Notes under the pieces: model-generated
What the model was told of the DNA's origin: nothing
The model's database searches: none
The model's input: only the letters and a program-made list of their open reading frames with translations
Translations under genes and position numbers: made by a program
In this document: piece after piece, positions 19,943 to 30,535 of the stretch
How the letters are laid out: the number at the start of each line of letters is the position of its first letter
Numbering within the stretch: the stretch's first letter is position 1
Source of the DNA: an uncultured Gemmatimonadales bacterium
GTDB lineage: Bacteria > Gemmatimonadota > Gemmatimonadetes > Gemmatimonadales > Gemmatimonadaceae
Length of the DNA stretch: 64,000 nt
Reading direction: 5' to 3'
Assembly (NCBI GenBank): GCA_963707505.1
Contig: CAVPQB010000004.1
Coordinates: 864,001 to 928,000 of the forward strand

Positions 19943-22900
19943 GCGCTGTCAAGCCTGATCCTGCGGAAAATCCGCAGGACGAAAAGACTCCGCAGTATTT
20001 CTTCGTACAACGCCCGGTTCTGGCCGGTGTGATCTCGATCGTCATCGCGCTGCTCGGCGTTCTCGCAATGCTGTCGCTGCCAGTGAACCGTTATCCGCAG
20101 ATCACACCACCGAGCGTTCGCGTCACGGCGGTCTATCCCGGCGCCAGTGCGGAGGACGTTGCGAACTCTGTTGCGGCTCCAATCGAGCAACAGTTGTCGG
20201 GCCTCGACGGCTTGCTGTACTACAAGTCGTCCAATGCAAGCGACGGTTCGATGAACCTCGCACTCACGTTCGACATTTCGCGTGATCAGGATCTGGCCGC
20301 GGTCGACGTGCAGAACGCGATCAATCTCGCACTCCCGCAGCTGCCCGCTTCCGTCCGACAGCTCGGCGTCACGATCACGAAGGCGAATCCCGACATTCTG
20401 CTTGTCGCGGCGCTCAGCTCCAAGGATCCGCGTTACGACGCTTCGTATCTGAGTAACTACTCCAAGCTGTATCTCGAGGACGAGATCAAGCGCGTCCCGG
20501 GTGTCGGGTCGGCCATGACATTCGGTGGTCTCGACTTCGCGATGCTACTGAGCCTGAATCCGGAGAAGATGGCGCAGCTCGGGATCACGGTGGATGATGT
20601 GTCGGCGGCGGTGCAGGCGCAGAATTCCACCAAGCCGGCAGGTCGTCTGGGCCGCGAGCCGGCCCCATCCGGCACGGAGCTCACATTGCCCGTGACGACC
20701 GCTGGACGTCTTACGAGTCCTGCGGAATTCGCGAACATAATCGTACGCGCTCGCCCGGACGGGTCGATCGTACATCTTGGCGACATTGCCAATGTGCATC
20801 TCGGCTCGCAGGGATACGACGCAGCCGGACGACTCAACGGCGCGCAGACGGCCCTCATGGTGGTGTACGCACGTCCCGGCGCAAATAACCTGGACGTGAA
20901 GAACGCCGTCGCGGCGCGGTTGAAGGAGCTGTCGAAGAACATGCCAGCGGGGGTCGAAGCCAGGATTCCGTTCGACACGACGCCGTTCATCACCGAATCG
21001 ATCAAGGAAGTCGTGATCACGCTCGCGGAGGCGATGATACTCGTCACGCTCGTCGTGTTCATCTTCCTGCAGAGCTGGCGTGCCACGCTCATTCCGGTGC
21101 TCGCGGTGCCGGTGAGTATCATCGGCACGTTTCTGGGATTGCAGTTTCTGGGATTCACGATCAACACGCTTACGCTGTTCGCGATGGTGCTGGCGATAGG
21201 AATCGTGGTGGATGATGCGATCGTGGTCATCGAGAACGTCGAGCGAATCATGGCCGCGGAGCACGTTTCGGCGCGCGTTGCGGCGAACAAGGCGATGCAT
21301 CAGGTGAGCGGCGCGCTGGTGGCGATCGTGCTGGTACTGTGCTCCGTATTCATTCCTGTTGCATTGGTGGGCGGCATCACGGGCACGATGTACAAGCAGT
21401 TCGCGATCACCATCGTGATCTCGGTCGTGCTCTCTGGTTTCGTCGCGCTGACACTGACGCCAGCGCTGTGCGGCGTGCTGCTCCAGAAGCCGCCTGAGGA
21501 GACCGACAACCGGTTCTACAACTGGTTCAATCACGGCTTCGGCAAGATGACCACGCGATACGTGGACGCGGCCGGACGCATCATCGATCGGCCGAGTTTG
21601 TGGCTGGGTATCTTCGTTGCCCTTGTGCTTGGACTGGTTGTGTTGTGGAAGGTCGTGCCCGGCAGCTTCCTGCCGAGTGAGGACAAGGGATATTTTGCCA
21701 TAGCCGTGCAACTTCCTGATGCCGCGTCGCTGCAGCGCACCACTGCGACGGTCAAGCAGGTGGAGGACATGCTTCACAAGGAGCCAGCGGTCCAGAACGT
21801 GGTGGTTCTGGTTGGACTCGACCTTCTATCGCAATCGACGCAGACGAACGCGGCGACGATATTTGTAAGTCTCAAGCCGTGGGCTGAGCGAGGTGCATCG
21901 GACGGCGTGGACGCTGTTCTGCAGCGCGTGAACGGCAAGCTGTTCGGTATGAAGAACGCGATAGCGTTCGGATTCAACCTCCCGGAAATTCCGGGACTCG
22001 GTACGACCGCGGGACTGGAGCTGAACCTGCAGGAGCGCACCGGCACCGATTACAACACGTTCGCGAATAGCGTGCGGAGCTTCGTGGCGGATCTCCAGAA
22101 GGTTCCATCGCTGCAAAATCCCAACGTCAACATTCGAACCGACGTGCCGCAGGTGTATGTGCACGTAGACGAGGCTGCGGCTGAGTCGCGCGGGGTGACC
22201 AGCGCGAGCATCTTCTCGACGCTGCAGACGATGCTGTCGAACCTGTACATCAACGATTTCAACCTCTACGGCCGGACGTATCGCGTTCAGGCCGAGGCGC
22301 AGACGCAGTTCAGGCAGCGGCCGGAGGACATAGGGCGATTCTACGTGCGCAGCACGAGTGGCGACATGGTGCCGCTGTCGGCGCTCACGACCACGGAGAT
22401 GCGCGGCGCTCCAGGATTGCTCACGCGATTCAACGGATTCCCATCTGCGACCATAACCGCGGCAGTTGCGCCGGGTCACAGCTCGGGCGAAGGACTCAAC
22501 GCGGTCGAGAAACTGGTCGCGGACAAGTACGCGGCGCAGGGGATCGGCTACGCGTACAGTGGTGAATCGTATCAGGAGCGTGCGTCATCGGGGCAGGCTG
22601 GCCTTGTTCTCGCGCTGGCACTGGTGCTCGTGTTTCTGGTTCTCGCAGCTCAATACGAGAGCTGGTCGATTCCGTTCGCGGTAATTCTCGCGCTGCCGTT
22701 TGGCGTGCTCGGTGCCTATCTGGGGATATTCGCGCGCGGACTCTCGAGCGATATCTATTTCCAGGTTGCGCTGCTCGCAGTGCTCGGACTCGCGGCGAAG
22801 AACGCGATCCTCATCGTCGAGTTTGCGACAGAGCTGAGGCGATCCGGCATGTCGATCCGCGACGCCGCGCTGGAGGCCGCGCGAGAGCGATTCCGTCCAA

Positions 22901-23160
22901 TTCTCATGACTTCGTTCGCATTCATCCTCGGCGTTGCGCCGCTCGTCGTAGCTGGCGGTGCCGGCGCTGCGAGTCGGCATTCACTCGGAACCGGCGTTTT
23001 CGCGGGCATGCTCGTCGCGACGACGGTTGGAGTCTTCTTCATTCCGCTGTTCTTCGCAGTGATCGAGAAGCGGATTCATCGACGCGAGCTCGCGACCGCG
23101 CATGACGCACGTCCAGCCGGTGGCGCAGCGCCTTCCGGCCATTCGGTACACAAGCAGTGA
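19939..23160 (+). CDS. RND efflux permease (AcrB/HAE1)
   Basis: YPGASAE, AIGIVVDDAIVVIENVER, KNAILIVEFA, RFRPILMTS. Confidence 0.96.
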   Translation: MSAVKPDPAENPQDEKTPQYFFVQRPVLAGVISIVIALLGVLAMLSLPVNRYPQITPPSVRVTAVYPGASAEDVANSVAAPIEQQLSGLDGLLYYKSSNASDGSMNLALTFDISRDQDLAAVDVQNAINLALPQLPASVRQLGVTITKANPDILLVAALSSKDPRYDASYLSNYSKLYLEDEIKRVPGVGSAMTFGGLDFAMLLSLNPEKMAQLGITVDDVSAAVQAQNSTKPAGRLGREPAPSGTELTLPVTTAGRLTSPAEFANIIVRARPDGSIVHLGDIANVHLGSQGYDAAGRLNGAQTALMVVYARPGANNLDVKNAVAARLKELSKNMPAGVEARIPFDTTPFITESIKEVVITLAEAMILVTLVVFIFLQSWRATLIPVLAVPVSIIGTFLGLQFLGFTINTLTLFAMVLAIGIVVDDAIVVIENVERIMAAEHVSARVAANKAMHQVSGALVAIVLVLCSVFIPVALVGGITGTMYKQFAITIVISVVLSGFVALTLTPALCGVLLQKPPEETDNRFYNWFNHGFGKMTTRYVDAAGRIIDRPSLWLGIFVALVLGLVVLWKVVPGSFLPSEDKGYFAIAVQLPDAASLQRTTATVKQVEDMLHKEPAVQNVVVLVGLDLLSQSTQTNAATIFVSLKPWAERGASDGVDAVLQRVNGKLFGMKNAIAFGFNLPEIPGLGTTAGLELNLQERTGTDYNTFANSVRSFVADLQKVPSLQNPNVNIRTDVPQVYVHVDEAAAESRGVTSASIFSTLQTMLSNLYINDFNLYGRTYRVQAEAQTQFRQRPEDIGRFYVRSTSGDMVPLSALTTTEMRGAPGLLTRFNGFPSATITAAVAPGHSSGEGLNAVEKLVADKYAAQGIGYAYSGESYQERASSGQAGLVLALALVLVFLVLAAQYESWSIPFAVILALPFGVLGAYLGIFARGLSSDIYFQVALLAVLGLAAKNAILIVEFATELRRSGMSIRDAALEAARERFRPILMTSFAFILGVAPLVVAGGAGAASRHSLGTGVFAGMLVATTVGVFFIPLFFAVIEKRIHRRELATAHDARPAGGAAPSGHSVHKQ

Positions 23161-24704
23161 TATCAATCAATCAAATGCCGCGCAGATTCAGCGCGTTTGC
23201 ACTCGTAACCGCAGCATGCGTTGTCTCCGCGTGCGCGGTGGGGCCGTCGACTGCAGTCACGGCCGCGACGCCATCAGTCGCGCAGACCAGCGATCAGGCG
23301 GTAACGCCGGCTGCGCGGACGTTCTTCGATTCTCTTACTGCGGCCAGAGCGGCAGATTCAGTTTCCCCGGCCCCGCAATCGATGGTGAGCCAGGGTGAGC
23401 CGCCGCAGAAGCCGATCGGTGTTCCCACTACGCTGCAGCTCGATCCTGCGCGCAACCTCACGTGGCTCGAGATCGTGCGCGACAGCACGCTCGCGTCGCT
23501 GATCCAGACCGCGGTCAACAACAATCGCGACCTGCGCGTGGCTCAGGCTCGCATTCGCGAGTACCAAGCGCTTCATGGCGCTGCAGCTGGACCGTTCTTT
23601 CCGCAGATAACCGCCAACGCAGCGGCGAGTCGGAACAAGATCGCCCTCGCGGGTGGTTCGCCGATCAAGTACGACGCGATCAGCGCGACCGCGAACGTTG
23701 CGTGGGAGCTGGACTTCTGGGGAAGGATCCGTCGTGGTGCTCAAGCGGCGAACTTCGACCTGCTCAGCCACGAAGAAGACGCGCGCGCGACCGAGCTCAC
23801 GCTCGTGAGCGATGTGGCGACCGAGTACCTGCAGCTGCGCGAGCTGGACGAAAGCATGCGCATCGCCGAGGCTACGAGAGCGGCAGGGCAGGCGGTACTG
23901 GAGCTTGCGCGTCGCAGATTCGCCCAGGGCCAGATCTCCGAGCTCGATGTGCGCCAGTTCGAGGCGCAGGTTGCCGATCCGGCCGCGCGACTTGCGCAAT
24001 TCGCCTTGCAGAGGCGACAGCAGGAGAACGCACTCTCGTTGCTACTGGGCCAGCCGCCGGGCTCCATTCCGCGCGGCGGTCCGCTGCAAGATGTGATTCA
24101 GGCGGTTGCGGTCCCCGATTCACTTCCGGGCGCACTGATCGCGCGGCGTCCGGACGTGATGCGCGCGCAGCGAGACATGCAGGCGTCGCTCGCACGCATC
24201 GGTGTCGCGGTAGCAAACAGGCTTCCGACGATCACGGTGGGGGGAGATTACGGCTCGCAACGGCCGGAAGTAAACAAGCTCTTCACGCGCCAGGGTGAGA
24301 TCTACACGCTTCAAGCCGGCCTGTCGTTTCCCATTTTCACCGGTGGCCGGCTGCTCAATGAAGAACGTGCGGCGCGCGCACGCGCGGACGAGAGCAAGGC
24401 GCAGTATCAACAGACCGTGCTGACGGCGTTGCGTGAAGCAAGTGATGCACTTGCTGGTGTCCGGTTGGGCCGCGATCAACTCGTGGCGCAGCAGACGCAG
24501 GCGCGCGCGTTGACGATCGCAGCGTCCATCGCGGAACGGCGATATGCGAGCGGCGTGTCGAGCTATCTCGAAGTGCTGAACGCAGAGCAGAGTCTGTTCA
24601 ATGCGCAGCTGAATCTGGTCGCGGTGGAGCAACAGTATCTCACGGCGACGGTGCAGTTGTACAAGGCGTTGGGCGGAAGCTGGGACGGGGCGGCGGTCCG
24701 ATAA
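23157..24704 (+). CDS. Efflux outer membrane factor lipoprotein (NodT/OprM-like)
   Basis: Lipobox VSAC-AVGP, WELDFWG, RRPDV, LYKALGGSW. Confidence 0.93.
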   Translation: MISINQMPRRFSAFALVTAACVVSACAVGPSTAVTAATPSVAQTSDQAVTPAARTFFDSLTAARAADSVSPAPQSMVSQGEPPQKPIGVPTTLQLDPARNLTWLEIVRDSTLASLIQTAVNNNRDLRVAQARIREYQALHGAAAGPFFPQITANAAASRNKIALAGGSPIKYDAISATANVAWELDFWGRIRRGAQAANFDLLSHEEDARATELTLVSDVATEYLQLRELDESMRIAEATRAAGQAVLELARRRFAQGQISELDVRQFEAQVADPAARLAQFALQRRQQENALSLLLGQPPGSIPRGGPLQDVIQAVAVPDSLPGALIARRPDVMRAQRDMQASLARIGVAVANRLPTITVGGDYGSQRPEVNKLFTRQGEIYTLQAGLSFPIFTGGRLLNEERAARARADESKAQYQQTVLTALREASDALAGVRLGRDQLVAQQTQARALTIAASIAERRYASGVSSYLEVLNAEQSLFNAQLNLVAVEQQYLTATVQLYKALGGSWDGAAVR

Positions 24705-24731
24705 GGCCCGAATGCATCCGCGCCGGATGCC

Positions 24732-26423
24732 TTACATAGCGGCCACACCCTTCACCGGTACGTTCGTCAGCAGCTCCGGCTGCGGATCTTCGCGTAGCTC
24801 GGCGAGGTACTCGTGCACGAACTTGACTGCCATCGAGCCCTCGCCGACTGCTGCTGCCACACGCTTTGCGGAGCCGAGTCGCACGTCGCCCGCGGCGAAT
24901 ACTCCGGGCTGACTTGTCTCCAGCAGGAACGGCTGGCGCTTGCGTGTCCAGCCGGGCGTGTTGGCGAGCTGGCGCCCGGTGCAGACAAATCCCTTGGCGT
25001 CTTTGTCGATCTGCGCTGGTAGCCAATCGGTGTGCGGAATGGCACCGATGAGCGTGAAGACAGCTGGAGTGTCGATCGTGCGTCGCGCGCCTGTTGTGGT
25101 GTTTTCGACGACTATGGCCTCGAGACGTGTGTCGCCATGCAGCTCGCGAACTTGCGTGGTGTAGAGCACCTCGATGGTAGGCGCGGCCTCGATTCGATCG
25201 ATGAGATAGCTCGACATGGTCTGTCGCATGCTGTCGCGGCGTACGAGTAACGTCACCTTCCGCGTGTGCTGTGCGAGATATACCGCTGCCTGACCGGCTG
25301 AGTTGCCTGCGCCGACGATCACGACATCGGCGCCGCTGCATGCATCGAGTTCTGTCCTGGTCGCAACGTAGTAGATGCCTATCCCCTCAAAACGTTCGCG
25401 ATCGGGAACGTCGAGCTTGCGATAGTCTGCGCCGGTTGCGATCAGAACGCAGCGCGCCGACGCGGTTTCACCGTCGTCCATGCGCACGGTGAGGTGCGAT
25501 CCTTCATCATCGAGCGCGGTTACGGGTGCCGGAGTTGACAATCGTGCACCGAATTTCTGCGCCTGCAACGTTGCGGCCCTGGTGAGATCGGCGCCCGTAA
25601 TTCCCATCGGAAAGCCGAGGTAATTCTCGATCGCGTTGGATGCGCCTGCCTGTCCACCCGGAGAATCGGCGTCCAGTAACAGCGTGGTGAGTCCTTCGGA
25701 CGAACCATACACGGCGGCCGCGAGTCCCGCGGGGCCGGCACCCACGATCACCAGATCGTAGACTTCGGTGCCGATCGGGCGCTTGAGTCCGACAGCCTGT
25801 GCGAGGTCGCGCGTGGATGGATTGCGCAGCACAGCCTGGCCGACGCACAGTACAACGGGGAGCGCGTCATCGCCGACGCCAAAGTGGTGTAACAACTCAG
25901 CGGCGCCTGAATCCGTATCGACATCGAGCCACCTCATCGGTACCTGATTGCGCGAGAGAAACTCGCGAATGCGATATGTGTCGCGCGAATCCCTCGACCC
26001 GATCACGCGAACGCCCTGAAATCCGGACTCGAGAAGCTGTTCTCTGCGCGTAATGAACGCCTGCAGAATGACGTCGCCCATTCCCGGATCTTCCGCAATC
26101 AGCCGCCGGATGTCGGCCGGTGCGACTTCGAGCACGTCGGTCTCGCCGCGTGCCACTGCGCTCACGACCGTGACACGCCGCGTGAGAATGTCGATGTCGC
26201 CCGTGAACTCGCCCGGTTGATGTACTACAACCGTCCTCGGCTCGTCGCCTGAATGATCGAGGATCTCGACCGCGCCCGATAGAACGACGAAGAAGGTCGC
26301 CGGGCTCACCCCCGCCTCAAAGAGCACATCATTGTCACGGAAGTGACGCCGCTTCGCGTACTTCGACAGGGTGCCGATCTGCCGGTCGGTCAGCCTGGGG
26401 AATGCAACGTTGTCTGAAGTCAC
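24732..26423 (-). CDS. cNMP-binding domain + thioredoxin reductase-like FAD oxidoreductase
   Basis: N-terminal cNMP domain (GEFTGD), GAGPAG, IENYLGFP, GAGNSAGQ, FAAGDVR. Confidence 0.9.
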   Translation of the reverse strand: MTSDNVAFPRLTDRQIGTLSKYAKRRHFRDNDVLFEAGVSPATFFVVLSGAVEILDHSGDEPRTVVVHQPGEFTGDIDILTRRVTVVSAVARGETDVLEVAPADIRRLIAEDPGMGDVILQAFITRREQLLESGFQGVRVIGSRDSRDTYRIREFLSRNQVPMRWLDVDTDSGAAELLHHFGVGDDALPVVLCVGQAVLRNPSTRDLAQAVGLKRPIGTEVYDLVIVGAGPAGLAAAVYGSSEGLTTLLLDADSPGGQAGASNAIENYLGFPMGITGADLTRAATLQAQKFGARLSTPAPVTALDDEGSHLTVRMDDGETASARCVLIATGADYRKLDVPDRERFEGIGIYYVATRTELDACSGADVVIVGAGNSAGQAAVYLAQHTRKVTLLVRRDSMRQTMSSYLIDRIEAAPTIEVLYTTQVRELHGDTRLEAIVVENTTTGARRTIDTPAVFTLIGAIPHTDWLPAQIDKDAKGFVCTGRQLANTPGWTRKRQPFLLETSQPGVFAAGDVRLGSAKRVAAAVGEGSMAVKFVHEYLAELREDPQPELLTNVPVKGVAAM

Positions 26424-26481
26424 GGGTTTCGGGTTTCGAACGACTGTTCGATATGGTCAAAAAGGGATGGGGCGGATTGGC

Positions 26482-27723
26482 TCACGGATGCCGGATGGTG
26501 CCGACGAAAAGATCTGCACCGGTCGTTTCATCCCGTAACAGTATGATAAAAGGACGGTCAACGACGAACTCTGTCGTGAGCCGGAGAGCGGTGGTCGTGA
26601 TCATTCCGATTCCGGTGACGGCCGCGGCTTCCGTTCCCTCCTCATCAACGTCGAGATACACTTTCTGTAATGCCTTTCCGATGCAGAGCTGCTGTGGAGG
26701 CCTTCCTGTTTTATCGACCGCCATGGTGCTGAAGTCGGCCTGCCTGCAATTCGTTGCGACGCCTGCACCGAGCCGCCTGAGAAGCGGAACAAGGTCGGTC
26801 GCCTGCTCGACGTGCAGTTTGGGCAGAACGAGATGGACTTCTCGATTTGCGCGCGCCGTCAGCGAAGCGGGCCACCCGGACTCCGCGAACCTCAGCTCGA
26901 TCCTTCGATTGTCGCCCGAATCGGGAAGAATCACGTACATCGCGACGTGATCGCCATTGTACGGCAGACGCACCATCTGATAGCCGCTGTCGCGTGAATA
27001 CCGCATGTCGCCGGTGCGTTGCATCGACGGCACGCGGATCGTTCGGCCAGAGCGAAGTGTGAACGGACGCTGCTGTGTAAGGCTCTTGTTGAACGGTGTG
27101 AGCCATTTACCCTTGAAATACACCGCATTAGCGATGAACAACAGCGTGGTATCGGGAAGCTCCTCGCTCAGGATACCCCTGATCTTCCCATGCGTCGCAC
27201 TGTCGGCCCAACTGTTAATCACCGTTACCGCATGCGGCGAGTGCAGTGCGAGACTACCGACGCGTGCGTGCCACGCGCGCGCCGCCGCTTGGAACGACCT
27301 GGTCAGCGTGACAGAGTTATCCGTCCAGACGGCATTCGCGATCTCGAGCTGGACGTCCTTGCGATCGGTCGATGCGGTAATCAGCGATGACCCGCGGCTT
27401 TCGAGATCGGATCGGCTCAATCCGGAAGTGCGGAGCATGATCGCAAGCGCCGAGGCGGTGCTCCCGTTTGCACCGAAGGATGCCAGCGACAGTGCGAGTC
27501 CCGCACTGACCGGCGACACGACGGTATTCGAATCCGCAGCGCCATCACGATTGCCGGCTGCGTTCAGGAGCTTTGCGCCGAAATCATTGAACGAGAGCGG
27601 CGATGTGCCACTCGACGTCTGAGCCTGGAGCGGACGCGGACAGAATGCGAGCGACGCAATCATGCCAAGGCACACGATGCGGATCGGTCTGGCTCGCAGC
27701 ATGGAACGCAGCGTTTGATTCAT
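26482..27723 (-). CDS. Secreted serpin (serine protease inhibitor)
   Basis: Signal peptide, SPVSA, NAVYFKGKW..PF, hinge DEEGTEAAAVT, FVVDRPF. Confidence 0.93.
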   Translation of the reverse strand: MNQTLRSMLRARPIRIVCLGMIASLAFCPRPLQAQTSSGTSPLSFNDFGAKLLNAAGNRDGAADSNTVVSPVSAGLALSLASFGANGSTASALAIMLRTSGLSRSDLESRGSSLITASTDRKDVQLEIANAVWTDNSVTLTRSFQAAARAWHARVGSLALHSPHAVTVINSWADSATHGKIRGILSEELPDTTLLFIANAVYFKGKWLTPFNKSLTQQRPFTLRSGRTIRVPSMQRTGDMRYSRDSGYQMVRLPYNGDHVAMYVILPDSGDNRRIELRFAESGWPASLTARANREVHLVLPKLHVEQATDLVPLLRRLGAGVATNCRQADFSTMAVDKTGRPPQQLCIGKALQKVYLDVDEEGTEAAAVTGIGMITTTALRLTTEFVVDRPFIILLRDETTGADLFVGTIRHP

Positions 27724-27880
27724 CGAAGCTCCCTTCCGCAGAAATGTCCAGCCTTGCGGGATTCGCGCAGTGGTGGAACAATATCAACGCGCGGCGCCGC
27801 AGAAACGCCATCCGGTCAGCCTTGGTACTACGTGTCTCCGGGTAGAATCCTGTACCCGGCACCCCTACTTCAATGTACTC

Positions 27881-28237
27881 ATGAACATCGAGCAACAATT
27901 TGCAGACCTCCACGACGTCTGGTCACCCAGAGTGATCGGTCGCGTGAACGATCAGTATGTCAAGATCGCGAAGCTCAAGGGTGAGTTCACGTGGCACAAA
28001 CACGATGATGAGGATGAGATGTTCTTCGTCGTGAAAGGGCGACTGAAGATCCAGTTCGAGGATGGCGATGTGGAGCTCGGACCGGGCGATTTCCACATAG
28101 TCCCGAAAGGTGTCACTCACAATCCAGTCGCGGACGAGGAGTGCTGGATAATGCTGATCGAAACTGTGACGACCAGGCATACTGGTGATGTAGTATCTCC
28201 ACTGACGAAAACGATCGAGCAACAGCTCCGCCGATAG
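27881..28237 (+). CDS. Cupin domain protein
   Basis: WSPRVIG, WHKHDDEDEMF, VPKGVTHNP. Confidence 0.9.
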   Translation: MNIEQQFADLHDVWSPRVIGRVNDQYVKIAKLKGEFTWHKHDDEDEMFFVVKGRLKIQFEDGDVELGPGDFHIVPKGVTHNPVADEECWIMLIETVTTRHTGDVVSPLTKTIEQQLRR

Positions 28238-28325
28238 GGTCAGTCGAGTATTCGTGCACGCAACCTTGCGCCAAAAGACCCGGCCGCGCATGTTGTGCCG
28301 ACATTATCCTGGGTGGGGGAATCTG

Positions 28326-29546
28326 ATGCGCAGTCTCAGACCTTTTGCAGCAGTCGGTTTAGTGTTTGGTACGGCGGTACTTGGTGCGCAGGGTGTTGCA
28401 TCCATCCCGCCTGGCGGTTTCGCCGATCACGTTGCGTCGTTGATCACTGTTGCCGACCCCGCGATCCCCAGTGCGAGCGCACCGGCCGTCGGATACAACG
28501 ACCCGCGTTACCAGTCGCCGTATGGCACCGGCTTCGATGGTGTCGCAAGACTGTTGATGACGGACAATCAGGGTTTCATCACATCCGGGTGTACCGGAAC
28601 CCTGTTGTGGACGGGTCAGGATGTCCTGACGGCCGCACACTGCGTCACATCCGGCAGCAACGTCGTGACTGCATCGTCGGTGTACTCCGGATTCCTCAAC
28701 CCAACCGGCGGTGTCACGAACATCAAATCGTCGGCGATCTATGTGAATCCGGCGTATAACGGCGGCCTCGCCGCAAGTCCGAACGGCTCTGCCATCGATC
28801 CGAATGACATCGCGATCATTCACCTCAGCAGACCGGCCGATTCATGGATGACGGGATACTATCTCTATGGTGGCGACCCGATCGGACAGCCGACGATTTT
28901 CGCAGGGTTTGGCCTCACCGGGAATGGTGTTACCGGCGGCACCGTCAACACGCTCTTCGACGACGTGCTTGGCACCGGTGAGCCAGTCCGACGACTCGCG
29001 CTCAACGAATGGGACGCGACACTCAGCGCCGACGCAAGTACGATCTATTCCGGCTTCGCCACTCCAATCCTGCTCTCCGACTTCGATGACGGGACACTCG
29101 GCAACAACACACTGTGCAACTTCTTTGGTGGCCCGGGAAATCCAGCGGGGTTGCCGCCCGGCCAGCTTGCCAACGTTTGCGACCCGGGCTACGGGATCTA
29201 CGAGGGGATGATCGGCGCCGGAGATTCGGGTGGCCCGGGTTTCATCTGGGACGCGGCAATGGGTCGTTATGAAGTTGCGGGCGTCGCCTCATTTGGCAGT
29301 GAGCGCTGCTGGAACCCAGGTGATGGAAGCGCGACGAATCCCAATCCCGACGGTAGCTGTCCCGCGAACTATGAACTGAACGGCGGTTATTTCGGATCCT
29401 ACGCGGGACATGTAGATCCTGCAGTCGGCGCGAACTTCGCATTCATCGCGTCGGCGACTCCGGAGCCGTCATCCCTCGCGTTGCTCGCGACGGGATTGTT
29501 CGCCTTCGTACCGGCGGTCGTTCGCAGGAGACGGCCCCAGGTCTGA
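28326..29546 (+). CDS. Trypsin-like (S1) serine protease with PEP-CTERM anchor
   Basis: Signal peptide, LTAAHC, DIAII, GDSGGP catalytic triad; C-terminal ATPEPSSLALLATGL...RRRR. Confidence 0.9.
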   Translation: MRSLRPFAAVGLVFGTAVLGAQGVASIPPGGFADHVASLITVADPAIPSASAPAVGYNDPRYQSPYGTGFDGVARLLMTDNQGFITSGCTGTLLWTGQDVLTAAHCVTSGSNVVTASSVYSGFLNPTGGVTNIKSSAIYVNPAYNGGLAASPNGSAIDPNDIAIIHLSRPADSWMTGYYLYGGDPIGQPTIFAGFGLTGNGVTGGTVNTLFDDVLGTGEPVRRLALNEWDATLSADASTIYSGFATPILLSDFDDGTLGNNTLCNFFGGPGNPAGLPPGQLANVCDPGYGIYEGMIGAGDSGGPGFIWDAAMGRYEVAGVASFGSERCWNPGDGSATNPNPDGSCPANYELNGGYFGSYAGHVDPAVGANFAFIASATPEPSSLALLATGLFAFVPAVVRRRRPQV

Positions 29547-29584
29547 CCCAATCGATGTGAATCGTCGCCGCTCCAGTCGTCGCG

Positions 29585-30526
29585 CTACGACAAGACTGAT
29601 AGCGGCGGCAATTCGGATTCGATCTTCGTACGCTCTGGCTCGAGCCACGGCGGAAGCACAAGTTTCTCACCAAGTGATTCCGCGCTCTCATCGATCGAGA
29701 AGCCGGGCCCATCTGTTGCGACTTCGAAGAGCACGCCGCCCGGCTCCAGAAAGTAGACCGAGTGAAACCAGAAGCGGTCGATGACTTCGGTTGGACGACG
29801 GTGCGCCGCTTCCACTCGCGCGCGCACTGCGAGTTGCGCCGCATCGTCGGCGACTCGCCATGCAACGTGATGGATTCCGCCCACGCCCCAACGGCCGCGT
29901 GCACCGTCCGGAATTTCACGAATGTCCAGATGCTTCCCAGATCCACCGTCACCGACTCCGTAACGGTGCCATCCATCCTCGACGCCAATTGCGCGAAAGC
30001 CGAGCACGCTGACGAGAAAATCCTCGGTCAGCGCGAGATCACGCTCCCACAATCGAACCGACTGTAGTCCGCGGATCTGATGCTCCGCTGGAACGGGACT
30101 ACGTTCCCACGCTGCGAACGTGCGAGCGTCGTCAGTTGCAACGAGTGCGACAGGTTGTCCGAACGGATCGCGGATGGTAAGCGCGCGCTCTGTATGACGG
30201 ACCGATTCGCCTTCGATCGCGACGCCGAAGGTCGCGAGCCTGTCACGCCAGTATGTCACGCTCATCGCGGGTATCGCGAGTGACACTTCCATCGCGAGTC
30301 CTATGCCATCCTGAACAGGTGGTGAGTCAGCCCACGGAAAGAAGGTGAGATCGGTGCCAGGATTGCCGTCGGCGTCTGCATAGAACAGGTGGTACGTATC
30401 CGGCACATCCTGGTTGACTGTCTTCTTCACAAGTCTCATGCCGAGTACGTGCGTGTAGAAGTCAAGATTCACCTGCGCGTTGCCGGTGATGGCCGTGACG
30501 TGATGGATTCCGCTGATCTCGTTCAT
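29585..30526 (-). CDS. Ring-cleaving dioxygenase / VOC family (MhqO-like)
   Basis: GIHHVTAI, LVKKTVNQD.PDTYHLFY, HHVAW, DRFWFHSVYF.EPGG..FE.ATDGPGF. Confidence 0.9.
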   Translation of the reverse strand: MNEISGIHHVTAITGNAQVNLDFYTHVLGMRLVKKTVNQDVPDTYHLFYADADGNPGTDLTFFPWADSPPVQDGIGLAMEVSLAIPAMSVTYWRDRLATFGVAIEGESVRHTERALTIRDPFGQPVALVATDDARTFAAWERSPVPAEHQIRGLQSVRLWERDLALTEDFLVSVLGFRAIGVEDGWHRYGVGDGGSGKHLDIREIPDGARGRWGVGGIHHVAWRVADDAAQLAVRARVEAAHRRPTEVIDRFWFHSVYFLEPGGVLFEVATDGPGFSIDESAESLGEKLVLPPWLEPERTKIESELPPLSVLS

Positions 30527-30535
30527 ACCGGAAAA

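Noticed and set aside
28253..28270. sigma54 promoter upstream of the PEP-CTERM protease (GTGCACG-N5-TTGC)
   Set aside because: The invariant GG is absent and the spacing is off by one.
9338..30530. Defined prophage or integrative element after tRNA-Gly
   Set aside because: No integrase, transposase, phage genes or recognisable att repeat were seen.
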